A model generated the notes under the pieces. That model was not told the DNA's origin and searched no databases. It was given only the letters and a program-made list of their open reading frames with translations. DNA of 64,000 bases. Origin: Bacteriovoracia bacterium. GTDB lineage: Bacteria; Bdellovibrionota; UBA1018; CAIPTA01. The stretch is from positions 512,001 to 576,000 of the forward strand of contig JBFWVL010000001.1 of the NCBI GenBank assembly GCA_050246755.1. The letters run 5' to 3'. Of this stretch, positions 1 to 8,146 are shown one piece after another. A program made the position numbers and the translations under genes. The first letter of the stretch is position 1. Every line of letters begins with the position of its first letter.

Positions 1-1
1 C

Positions 2-1084
2 CCATACTAATACAGCGACCCACAAATGAACACACGCCGCATCGAGCCTCGTGGAAAGGGGATGCCCCACGATATCGGGCGAAGAGAGCGTGACGATGGC
101 CAGGCAGGCGGCACCGAACTGGACGGCCTGCCTTTTCGGCAAGCGTGCGAATATTTCCAGCAGCGGAAAGTAGAGCAGGAGCGAATAATCTTTCCATACG
201 ATATGAGAGAGAAAAAGCACCGAGAAGGCGGTGGCGCTCGTGGCCCAACCTTCTCCCTTGCGCAAAACTTTCCACCAGGAACAAACGGCGAGGGTGCCGC
301 CGATCGCCAGCGCCAGGGCTCGCACGAAAACCGGATTCAACTGGAGCAGGGTCCACTTTTCGTCGCCTACGGCGTGAAGATAGAAATGATCGTCGGTGAG
401 CGTGCGCAAAAGCAAGGCGGTGAAGCTTTGGTTATGGGAGTGCAGCGGCATTCCCTTCGCGCCGAGGGCCGCAAAAAATTGCCGGTAGAGATCCACCGCT
501 AAAGTGGGACCGAACAATAATACCGGCAAGAGCAGGAGCAAGATCCCGGCGCCCATCCCCGCCCACAGCCCCCGTCTCTCCTTAGAAAGCAAAAATGCGG
601 GAGCGAATACGGCCGGATATACCTTGATGCTGGTGGCGAACGCCCAGAAAACCCCGGCCACCTCCGCCCGCGTGCGCAGCCACATCCCGGCTCCCGCCAG
701 TAAGGCCAGTACCGGTAAATTGATTTGCCCGTAAAAGAAACTGATCGTGAGGTAGCGCGTGAGCAGGGCCATGGCGAAAAAACTAGGCCAGGAAAGAGTA
801 CAGAATCCGAAAAGCAGGAGCCCCAAAATCCCGTGCCAAAGCCATTGCGCTACAGTGTAGGGAAGCAGCCCGAAGGGCGAGAGCAAGATCGCGGTCGAGG
901 GCGGATACAAATAACGATCTGGGCTCACACGGTACATGTTCGTGGGTTCCGTGAGAGCGAAATGCGCCGCAGTGTAAAACACCTTAAAATCCGGGCTCCC
1001 CAGGCTGCGGGCCTTAGGGACGGTGGCCACGCTGATCACGAGCGCAAAGACGAAGGCCAAAATGACGAGACGGTGGCGGAGCAT
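2..1084 (-). CDS. GT-C membrane glycosyltransferase, GT87/DUF2029-like (runs off window start)
   Basis: Hand translation from ATG at 1084: MLRHRLVILAFVFALVISVATVPKARSLGSPDFKVFYTAA...YLYPPSTA...FFYGQINL...SIKVYP. The DF..FY, Y.YPP, GQ.N and IK.YP motifs plus many TM segments fit GT87. Confidence 0.75.
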   Translation of the reverse strand, partial: MLRHRLVILAFVFALVISVATVPKARSLGSPDFKVFYTAAHFALTEPTNMYRVSPDRYLYPPSTAILLSPFGLLPYTVAQWLWHGILGLLLFGFCTLSWPSFFAMALLTRYLTISFFYGQINLPVLALLAGAGMWLRTRAEVAGVFWAFATSIKVYPAVFAPAFLLSKERRGLWAGMGAGILLLLLPVLLFGPTLAVDLYRQFFAALGAKGMPLHSHNQSFTALLLRTLTDDHFYLHAVGDEKWTLLQLNPVFVRALALAIGGTLAVCSWWKVLRKGEGWATSATAFSVLFLSHIVWKDYSLLLYFPLLEIFARLPKRQAVQFGAACLAIVTLSSPDIVGHPLSTRLDAACVHLWVAVLVW

Positions 1085-1112
1085 CCCACCAAGCTATCGC
1101 AATCCCACCGGT

Positions 1113-1141
1113 TTGACAAAACCGCCCACCTTTCTTAAGCT
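1113..1141 (+). promoter_or_regulatory. sigma70 promoter TTGACA-N17-TAAGCT, 7 nt before ATG 1149 (leaderless)
   Basis: Consensus -35, 17-nt spacer, no Shine-Dalgarno. Confidence 0.7.
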
Positions 1142-1148
1142 TAATAAG

Positions 1149-2030
1149 ATGAAAAAAATCAAAGCCTTAGCCTTAGGTGCCCTGCTTTTTTCCGCAGTCC
1201 TCGCCAACGCGCACGCCGCCTTGCCGGGATTAAAAGAGACCGTAGTGGTGGTGGATAAAAAAACCCATCAGCTCCATCTCACCAACTACAACGACGGCAA
1301 GCTCGACATCGTGCAAACCTTCCGCGCCACGATGGGACAAAAAGTGGGCGATAAGCTTTTCGAGGGCGACCTAAAAACCCCGGAAGGCATATACGATTTT
1401 CTGTTTCTCAAACGCCCTCCCCAGCTGGGAAAAAAATTCGGCCCCCTCGCCATCTACGTGAACTACCCCAACTCGATGGATAAATCCGGCGCCAAAACCG
1501 GCTTCGACATCATGGTGCACGGTACGGACGACCCGGCCCGCCTCGAAAAGCAATATGATTCCCTCGGCTGCGTGGTGCTCGATAACGAGAACGTGAAGAT
1601 CGTTTCCGAAAACGTGGAAATGAAACAGACCAAGATCGTGATCACGAAAGACTTCTCGAAGCTTCAAGGCACTCCCCGCATCGAGCGCGCCAAGGCGTTC
1701 TTCGATAAATGGCTCAAGGCTTGGAGCGGCAAGGACATCACCACCTACGTGGAATCCTACGCCGATGAATACCGCATGGACGGCATGAACCGCGTGGCCT
1801 TCATGAAATACAAGGACGCGCTCAATAAGAAATACGATACCATCAACGTGACGGCCGCCGACGTGCGCTTCTATTTTCACGAAAAGTACGATCTCGTGAC
1901 CTTTACCCAGCACTATTCTTCTACGTTTGCCGGCGGGGTGCCCGCCTTCAATGGCACCTCGAAAAAGAACCTTTATTTACAAGAGCGGAACGGCGAATAC
2001 CGTATCGTGATGGAAGAATCACCGAAGTAA
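1149..2030 (+). CDS. L,D-transpeptidase/carboxypeptidase (YkuD domain + C-terminal NTF2-like domain, Csd6-like)
   Basis: Signal peptide; GDLKTPEGIY, YPN..D, IMVHG...SLGCVVL catalytic His/Cys; C-terminal WLKAWSGKDI..Y..SY. Confidence 0.85.
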   Translation: MKKIKALALGALLFSAVLANAHAALPGLKETVVVVDKKTHQLHLTNYNDGKLDIVQTFRATMGQKVGDKLFEGDLKTPEGIYDFLFLKRPPQLGKKFGPLAIYVNYPNSMDKSGAKTGFDIMVHGTDDPARLEKQYDSLGCVVLDNENVKIVSENVEMKQTKIVITKDFSKLQGTPRIERAKAFFDKWLKAWSGKDITTYVESYADEYRMDGMNRVAFMKYKDALNKKYDTINVTAADVRFYFHEKYDLVTFTQHYSSTFAGGVPAFNGTSKKNLYLQERNGEYRIVMEESPK

Positions 2031-2090
2031 CTGCGGCTTTTCGCGATTTTGGCCGATAGAGTTAGGGCATCCGCAGGAGAATCTAACCCC

Positions 2091-2507
2091 ATGAAGTTAC
2101 TAATTTTTATTCTTTCCCTCGCCTCCGCCCAAGCCTTCGCGCAAAGCGCTCCCTCCCTCAAAACCTTAAAGGGCTGCGATGACCTAGCCTCCCTGAAATT
2201 GATCCAGGCGATCGATGCCAAGGAAGTGGAGATCTCGGAGATGGGCCCAAGGATCTCCCAGCAACTAAGCATCGCCGCCTCCCAAACGGGTGAGGCGAAA
2301 ACACGCATGTGCACCGCCCTGCGCGCCAAGGCCGAGCAATACGGCAAGGCAAACCAAGAAGTTTCTCAGGCCCTCGCCACCGCGATTAGCGCCGCCAATG
2401 CCTTGGGCGTGAGTTCCTGCGTGAAAGAAATGCAGCAAGATATGGCTGATAGCCGAACCACGGCCCAGAACGTACAAACAAATTTTAATCATACCTGCTC
2501 CAACTAA
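2091..2507 (+). CDS. Secreted helical hypothetical protein
   Basis: GGAG RBS, signal peptide MKLLIFILSLASAQAFA, 4 Cys. Confidence 0.65.
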   Translation: MKLLIFILSLASAQAFAQSAPSLKTLKGCDDLASLKLIQAIDAKEVEISEMGPRISQQLSIAASQTGEAKTRMCTALRAKAEQYGKANQEVSQALATAISAANALGVSSCVKEMQQDMADSRTTAQNVQTNFNHTCSN

Positions 2508-2515
2508 GCCGGGAG

Positions 2516-3133
2516 ATGCCCATGAAAGCCGTTCTCGCCCTCACGATTGCCCTTCTCTCCGCGCACTCTGCGCTAGCCTGCGGCCCGAACACGCGCTGTA
2601 TCGGGCTGGCGGATCCCAACCGGCCGCTGGAGGACATGAAAAATTGCGAGCCCCTCGCCAAGGTGGAGAAAATCAAGAAGGCGGCCCGCGACAGCACCCG
2701 GGCCAAAGATTCCGTTAGACGCTCCGGCGAAGATATAGAATTTTTCGAGGACAGCTGCAAAAGCTACCTCGCCACTCCCCAAGATACTTTCGCTATTCGC
2801 GACGTGGCACAGAAAGGCAGCCGGGCCGGCGATACTAAAATCAGGGCTCGGGAAGACGTGCAGAATGCCCTCAAAGAGCTGAGCGAAATCGAAGGCCCGC
2901 TCGAAAAGCTGGGCGGCGGAGCTTGCCTCGAAGACGTAAAGAAGATGAAGCCCGAGCTGCAGAAAGCCTTAGCCGCCCTCGACGCGAAGGCCGCCGCCGT
3001 AACGGGCTGCGCCGACGTGAAAGCCCCGGATGACCGCCCTCAATGGGATAGGGCAGACCCCCGCGCCTGCGGAATTGCCGGCTGCGAGCAACTACCTAAT
3101 GGGAAATGGACCCCCAAGCGGCTCGGCAACTAG
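2516..3133 (+). CDS. Secreted Cys-containing hypothetical protein
   Basis: GGGAG RBS, signal peptide, 8 bp after previous gene. Confidence 0.65.
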   Translation: MPMKAVLALTIALLSAHSALACGPNTRCIGLADPNRPLEDMKNCEPLAKVEKIKKAARDSTRAKDSVRRSGEDIEFFEDSCKSYLATPQDTFAIRDVAQKGSRAGDTKIRAREDVQNALKELSEIEGPLEKLGGGACLEDVKKMKPELQKALAALDAKAAAVTGCADVKAPDDRPQWDRADPRACGIAGCEQLPNGKWTPKRLGN

Positions 3134-3175
3134 GCCCTATTGCCCTCCCCCTAAATAAATGGCAAACCTGAGGGG

Positions 3176-4399
3176 ATGGCGAAAGAATTCGATACCCTCA
3201 TCATCGGCGCGGGCCTCATCGGCTCCAGCACCGCTTACCACCTAGCCCTCCTCGGCGCCAAAAACATCGCCGTGATCGACGCTGACCTCGCCGGCCGCCT
3301 CTCCTCCTCCGAGCTTAATGCCGGCGGAGCCCGCGTGACCTGGGACCAAAGCATCAACGTACAGCTTTCCAAAGACTCCATCGATTTCCTACGCGAGAAC
3401 CGCGAGCTCACGGGCTACCGCGACTGCGGCTATTTTTGGATGTATAACGAGCAGCAGTGGCCGGGCGCTCAGCGGCGGGTGAAGTTCCTGAAAGAAAAGC
3501 ACGGCATCGAAGTGGAGCTGCTCGATGTGCCGGGAATCCAAAAACGCGCCCCTTTCGTAGACAAAACCGAAGACCTCGTGGGCGCTACCTTTTCTCCCCA
3601 CGACGGCCTCTTCAATCCCAACCTGCTCAAAACTTTCTACCGCGAAGAAGCCCGCAAGCGCGGCGTGGAGTTCCTCGAAGGCCACCGCGTGAAGGCCGTG
3701 GCGGTTTCTTCGGATCGCGTGGAGGTCACCTGCGAGCTGATTCCGCCCAAAAATGAAAACGAGCTCAAGGATTTCTACGAATCGGATCCCGCCATCCTGC
3801 AAAAGGCCCACGGTTCCACCGTGAAAGTTACCGGCCAGCGCCTCGCCAACTGCGCTGGCCCCTGGGCCTCACGGCTCGCGAGGCTCATCGGCTACGAAAG
3901 CCCAGCCTTCGCGATGCGTCGCCAGGTTTCGATCTTCGACGTGCGCGATTTCGATTTCTCCCATTTCGGGATGATGATCGATACGAGCGGCGTTTATTTT
4001 CACCCCGAAGCCACGAATATCTTAGGCGGCTACGCCGAGCCCACGGAAGCCAAGGGCTGGAACCTCAGCTACGACGGCGAAGATTTCTTCCAGGAAAAAA
4101 TCTGGGGCGCGCTCTATAACCGCTCCACCAAGTTCGAGCAGATGAAACACCTCACCGGCTGGGGCGGGCTCTACGAATACACTCCCGACAAAACCGCCAT
4201 CCTCGGGCAGGTTCCGGGAATGAAAAATATTTTTGAAAACCACGGCTATTCCGGCCGCGGCGCCATGCAGAGCTACGCTGGCGGGCGCGGCCTTGCCGAG
4301 CTCCTGCATAACGGGAAGTTTTCTTCTCTCAATCTTAGCGCGCTCACCGGTGACCGCTTCCGTACCGGCGCCCTCGTTTCGGAAGGATTGCTGATTTGA
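3176..4399 (+). CDS. FAD-dependent oxidoreductase (DAO / sarcosine oxidase beta / FOXRED1-like)
   Basis: IIGAGLIG Rossmann motif, SS..NAGG, NCAGPWA, WGGLYEYTPD, HGYSGRG. Confidence 0.85.
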   Translation: MAKEFDTLIIGAGLIGSSTAYHLALLGAKNIAVIDADLAGRLSSSELNAGGARVTWDQSINVQLSKDSIDFLRENRELTGYRDCGYFWMYNEQQWPGAQRRVKFLKEKHGIEVELLDVPGIQKRAPFVDKTEDLVGATFSPHDGLFNPNLLKTFYREEARKRGVEFLEGHRVKAVAVSSDRVEVTCELIPPKNENELKDFYESDPAILQKAHGSTVKVTGQRLANCAGPWASRLARLIGYESPAFAMRRQVSIFDVRDFDFSHFGMMIDTSGVYFHPEATNILGGYAEPTEAKGWNLSYDGEDFFQEKIWGALYNRSTKFEQMKHLTGWGGLYEYTPDKTAILGQVPGMKNIFENHGYSGRGAMQSYAGGRGLAELLHNGKFSSLNLSALTGDRFRTGALVSEGLLI

Positions 4400-4839
4400 T
4401 TTTCCGCCAGCTGGATTTTTCCAACCCTACCGAAGTGAGAGCCGTGGCGAAGATTCACGTGATCAGCCCAGGTGAATGGGACCCCGCTCATAAGTTTTCC
4501 GAAGAAGGAATTGCCAATTACGCGAAATGGCTCGGCGAGAAAAAGACGCAGCTATGGTGCGAGCTCGCGGTAGCTGGAGACGAGATCAAAGCCATGCACC
4601 TGCTGGTGCTCAACGATTCAAAAGCCGTGGCAACGATCCTATCACTTTGGGTAAGCGAGGATTGCCGGCGCCAGGGCGTGGCCTCCCGGATGAAACTAGC
4701 CGGGGAAGAATGGGTAAAGTCGCTCGGGCTCAACAAGCTCACTTCCAGCGTTTACGTTGCCAATAAAAAAATGCAGACGCTGAACGAGAAGCTGGGCTTT
4801 AAGCCCGTGAAGATCGAGTACGAAAAATTGTTAAGCTAA
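4396..4839 (+). CDS. GNAT acetyltransferase
   Basis: LWVSEDCRRQGVA motif A; N..M..LNEKLGF. Confidence 0.8.
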   Translation: MIFRQLDFSNPTEVRAVAKIHVISPGEWDPAHKFSEEGIANYAKWLGEKKTQLWCELAVAGDEIKAMHLLVLNDSKAVATILSLWVSEDCRRQGVASRMKLAGEEWVKSLGLNKLTSSVYVANKKMQTLNEKLGFKPVKIEYEKLLS

Positions 4840-4847
4840 TTAACCGA

Positions 4848-4874
4848 AAAACCGCGCGATTGCGTCCGCGGTTT
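4848..4874. repeat. Intergenic hairpin repeat, copy 1 (AAAACCGCGCGATTGCGTCCGCGGTTT)
   Basis: 24/27 identical to 22342-22368; lies between convergent genes. Confidence 0.65.
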
Positions 4875-6061
4875 CACTCCCCCTTATTCGGAGCGGGATA
4901 GTCCTTTAAAATATCCAGCGTGGCTCCGTAAGGCGATTCCCATAGCTGGTCGTGGAGCAGAACCAAACGCTGCGCCAACTTCTCATCGCGGACCACGATC
5001 TCTACGTTCCGTAATTTATCCAGATAGCCACCGGTCCAATTACTGGTGCCCACCCACGCAATCCGCTGATCGATCACCATGAATTTGGAATGGTTCACTC
5101 GGGCAAAAGGAATTTTTCCTTCCCGGGCCATGGGAATCGTAACGATCTCCACGGCCACGTTCGGAATCACCGCGAGCGATTTCAAATAATCGATCCCGGG
5201 CTTGCTCTGGTTCCAGTGGGAAACCATCAATTTGATTTTTACGCCGCGGGAAGCAGCGGCCCGCAGGGCATTATCGATCACGCCATAATAAGAATGATCA
5301 TACTGGAGGGGATAATAATCGAGGAGCTGCACGCGGATCTCGGACTTGGCTTCGCCGAGCAAACGCACGAGCTCGGATTCTGAATCTACCACGCCCCTGG
5401 GATCCAAAGCATTCGGGCTCGCCACTAAGTACGCTCGCTCTTTGCCATCGGAAACAAGCGGCTTGGAGCGGAGAGCGGGCACCTTCATCCCCTTCTCCAC
5501 CATTTCCCAGGCTCTCCAGTCGTGATGGAAAATTTCTTGGAGCTGGGCGGAAATTTTCGCGTCGGTGGTGCGTAGGCCCGTCTCATGGATATGGCGCAGC
5601 GAACGCCAATCGAAATTCTGGCTGCCCACGTAGGCGGTTTTTCCGTCCACCACGAAAAACTTGGCGTGAATAATTCCGCCGGTTCCCAATTTTCCAAAAT
5701 TTAAAATACGGAGCTCGAGATTTTTAATCTTTTCTAAACGCGTGATCGTTTCGGCCGAAGAAGCCCGGAGCATTTTTTCCTCGAGGAGAAAACGGATCTT
5801 CACGCCGCGGTTAGCGGCCGCTTCCATCGCCTCGATCACCACCTCGAGCGCTTCGCCCGGCTTGCTGACCGCGTACATCTGCTCAAAGTCGATCGTCTTT
5901 TTGGCGCTCGAGATCATATCGACCCAAACTTCGGCGGGGCCGCGGAGGTCGGGATTCTGGAGAGAGGTCTCTGCGGGCGTGGTGTATACGAGTTCGAAAC
6001 CAGGCAATTCGAAGGCGGCTTGCGCGGAGAGGCAGTACAAGAAGAGTAAGAAGGATTTCAT
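4874..6061 (-). CDS. Secreted phospholipase D family protein (PLD3/4 / poxvirus K4-like)
   Basis: Two HKD motifs: HAKFFVVD...GSQNFDWRS and HSKFMVID...GTSNW; signal peptide. Confidence 0.85.
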   Translation of the reverse strand: MKSFLLFLYCLSAQAAFELPGFELVYTTPAETSLQNPDLRGPAEVWVDMISSAKKTIDFEQMYAVSKPGEALEVVIEAMEAAANRGVKIRFLLEEKMLRASSAETITRLEKIKNLELRILNFGKLGTGGIIHAKFFVVDGKTAYVGSQNFDWRSLRHIHETGLRTTDAKISAQLQEIFHHDWRAWEMVEKGMKVPALRSKPLVSDGKERAYLVASPNALDPRGVVDSESELVRLLGEAKSEIRVQLLDYYPLQYDHSYYGVIDNALRAAASRGVKIKLMVSHWNQSKPGIDYLKSLAVIPNVAVEIVTIPMAREGKIPFARVNHSKFMVIDQRIAWVGTSNWTGGYLDKLRNVEIVVRDEKLAQRLVLLHDQLWESPYGATLDILKDYPAPNKGE

Positions 6062-6161
6062 AGGGGCATTCAAACATGGCTTTCCCGGTAAGGCCACCGA
6101 CTACGCCAGCCAAACGGTGCGTCAATTTCCTTGCAAGCCCGAATATGGTATCCAGAGAACC

Positions 6162-7154
6162 ATGAAACTCGCTTCCCTCAACCAAGGCCGCGACGGGGAA
6201 CTCCTCGTCGTAGACACCCACCTCCAAAAAGCCGTAAAAGCCACCGGCATTGCTCGCACGCTCCAAGAAGCGCTCGATCGGTGGGCCGAGACCAAACCGA
6301 AACTCGAAGCCCTCGCCAAGGATCTCGCCAACGGAAAAGCAAACGACACCTTTCCCTTCGACGCGAACAAAGTTCACTCCCCCCTGCCCCGCGCCTACCA
6401 ATGGGTAGACGGTTCCGCCTACCTCAACCACGTAGAGCTCGTGCGCAAAGCCCGCGGCGCCGAGATGCCCAAAGAATTCCTCACCGATCCCCTGATGTAC
6501 CAAGGTTGCTCGGATTCTTTCTTGGCTCCCACCGAATCCATCAAGATGGCCTCCGAGGAATGGGGCATCGATTTCGAATCCGAAGTGGCCGTGATCACCG
6601 ACGACGTGCCCATGGGCGTCACTCCAGCCCAAGCAGCCAAGCATATCCAGCTCATCTTACTCGTGAACGACGTGAGCCTGCGGGGCCTCATTCCCCAAGA
6701 ACTCGGCAAGGGCTTTGGCTTTTTAGTGAGCAAACCCGCCTCGGCTTTTTCGCCCCTCGCCATCACGCCCGATGAACTCGGCGCATCCTGGAAAAACGGC
6801 AAAGTGGACCTAGCCCTGCGCACCTACCTCAACGGCAAGCTCTTCGGCCAGCCCAATTGCGCCCACGACATGCAATTCGATTTTCCCACCCTCATCGCGC
6901 ATGCGGCCAAAACGCGGAACCTCTGCGCCGGCACCATCCTGGGGTCGGGTACTATTTCCAACCGCGACCCTAAAGTGGGCTTCTCCTGCCTCCAGGAAGT
7001 GCGGATGATTGAAACGATAGCACAGGGAAAACCCGTGACCCCCTTTATGAAGTTTGGGGACCGCGTGAAGATCGAGATGCTGGATGCGGCGGGTAAGTCG
7101 CTCTTTGGGGCGATCGATCAGGTAGTAGAGAAATATACGCAACCGGCTAAATAG
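6162..7154 (+). CDS. Fumarylacetoacetate hydrolase family protein
   Basis: MKLASLNQGRDG, PLPRAYQWVDGSAYLNH, DFESEVAV, NDVSLR, GSGTISN. Confidence 0.9.
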   Translation: MKLASLNQGRDGELLVVDTHLQKAVKATGIARTLQEALDRWAETKPKLEALAKDLANGKANDTFPFDANKVHSPLPRAYQWVDGSAYLNHVELVRKARGAEMPKEFLTDPLMYQGCSDSFLAPTESIKMASEEWGIDFESEVAVITDDVPMGVTPAQAAKHIQLILLVNDVSLRGLIPQELGKGFGFLVSKPASAFSPLAITPDELGASWKNGKVDLALRTYLNGKLFGQPNCAHDMQFDFPTLIAHAAKTRNLCAGTILGSGTISNRDPKVGFSCLQEVRMIETIAQGKPVTPFMKFGDRVKIEMLDAAGKSLFGAIDQVVEKYTQPAK

Positions 7155-7196
7155 GCAGAGCTTTGAAATCCACTCCTCCTCAACTATATTAGGTAC

Positions 7197-7610
7197 ATGC
7201 TTCCACTAATCACCTTGATCACCGGCCGCCAAAAAAATGGTTTACCTACTTGGGTGAACAAAGACTGCACCAACCTCGCGTGCACGAACCTCAGCCGCTA
7301 TAACCTCAAGGGCATTAATCTTTCGCGCTCCGATATGTTCAAGGTCAATTTTAAGAAAGCTAATCTGGCGGAAGCCAATCTTTCTTATGCCTATCTCTGC
7401 AAAGCCGATCTCACGAATAGCAATCTGCAGAAGGCCAACCTCAAGGGCGCTAATCTGCGGGAAGCCGATCTCACGGGCGCTAAGGTGGACGGCGCGGTTT
7501 TCACCTTCGCCATCTTCAACGACGAAACGATCCTTCCCTTCTCGCGTGAAGAAGCGGACGCTAAGGGCATGATTTTCGAACCAGCCCCATCCCACAAAGT
7601 TTCTTACTAA
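7197..7610 (+). CDS. Pentapeptide repeat protein
   Basis: A(N/D)L.. repeats (ANLAEANLSYAYLCKADLTNSNLQKANLKGANLREADL); TTGAAA-N16-TATATT promoter 6 nt upstream. Confidence 0.85.
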   Translation: MLPLITLITGRQKNGLPTWVNKDCTNLACTNLSRYNLKGINLSRSDMFKVNFKKANLAEANLSYAYLCKADLTNSNLQKANLKGANLREADLTGAKVDGAVFTFAIFNDETILPFSREEADAKGMIFEPAPSHKVSY

Positions 7611-7622
7611 TTTCTACTTAGC

Positions 7623-7916
7623 TTAATTGCAGCTGCGCTCGCAGAACGCCGGCACTTTCTTCAAGCATTTCTGAAGAACGCGGTGATTCGTGGGGTCATG
7701 AAGCGCATTGCAGGTGGCGGTTTCTTCTTTTACGCAGTCCACTTGGCAAACTTCCACGGCTTCCATGGCGTCCATTTTGATCGTGGTGGCCTCGTCGTTG
7801 GATATTTCGGTCTCGCCCCCGGGAAAGTTTTCGGCCTCGGAATAGGCAAAAGCCGAAACGGTGGCGGCCGAGCCGCAGAGGAGAACCAGGAGAAAAAGCC
7901 ACGCCTTGTTTTTCAT
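7623..7916 (-). CDS. Small secreted Cys-rich hypothetical protein
   Basis: Signal peptide, 6 Cys in mature part, sigma28-like promoter upstream. Confidence 0.6.
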   Translation of the reverse strand: MKNKAWLFLLVLLCGSAATVSAFAYSEAENFPGGETEISNDEATTIKMDAMEAVEVCQVDCVKEETATCNALHDPTNHRVLQKCLKKVPAFCERSCN

Positions 7917-7922
7917 GGCTCC

Positions 7923-7949
7923 TTATCGCCTTTCCTGAGTACTTTCTTG
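7923..7949 (-). promoter_or_regulatory. sigma28 (FliA)-type promoter CAAG-N15-GGCGATAA
   Basis: 15-nt spacer; 6 nt before ATG 7916. Confidence 0.55.
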
Positions 7950-8146
7950 AATTTGGGGAGTTTGGCCGTCTCCAAAAAGAGACAGGTGGTAAACTTCGAA
8001 ACTCCGCGTCAGAAGCGAAAAACAGGCGCTTCGGAAAATTTCTTTTGTGCGAAACCCGAACGTCCGTTTTGACCGAGCGTTTAAATTTCTCTTTGCAATC
8101 TCGGAAACTTATTTCATTGTAGGCTTAAACCCGAGTTATACGCGCC

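Noticed and set aside
26-1138. Several plus-strand ORFs at the window start
   Set aside because: The minus strand encodes a continuous GT87-like membrane protein that the ORF track missed because it runs off the window.
5742-6161. 140-aa N-terminal extension of the FAH ORF
   Set aside because: Overlaps the PLD gene on the other strand; family similarity begins at MKLASL (6162).
7968-7983. GTCTC-N6-GAGAC inverted repeat upstream of topA / small secreted gene
   Set aside because: Only 5-bp arms and a single clear copy in the window; cannot be distinguished from chance.
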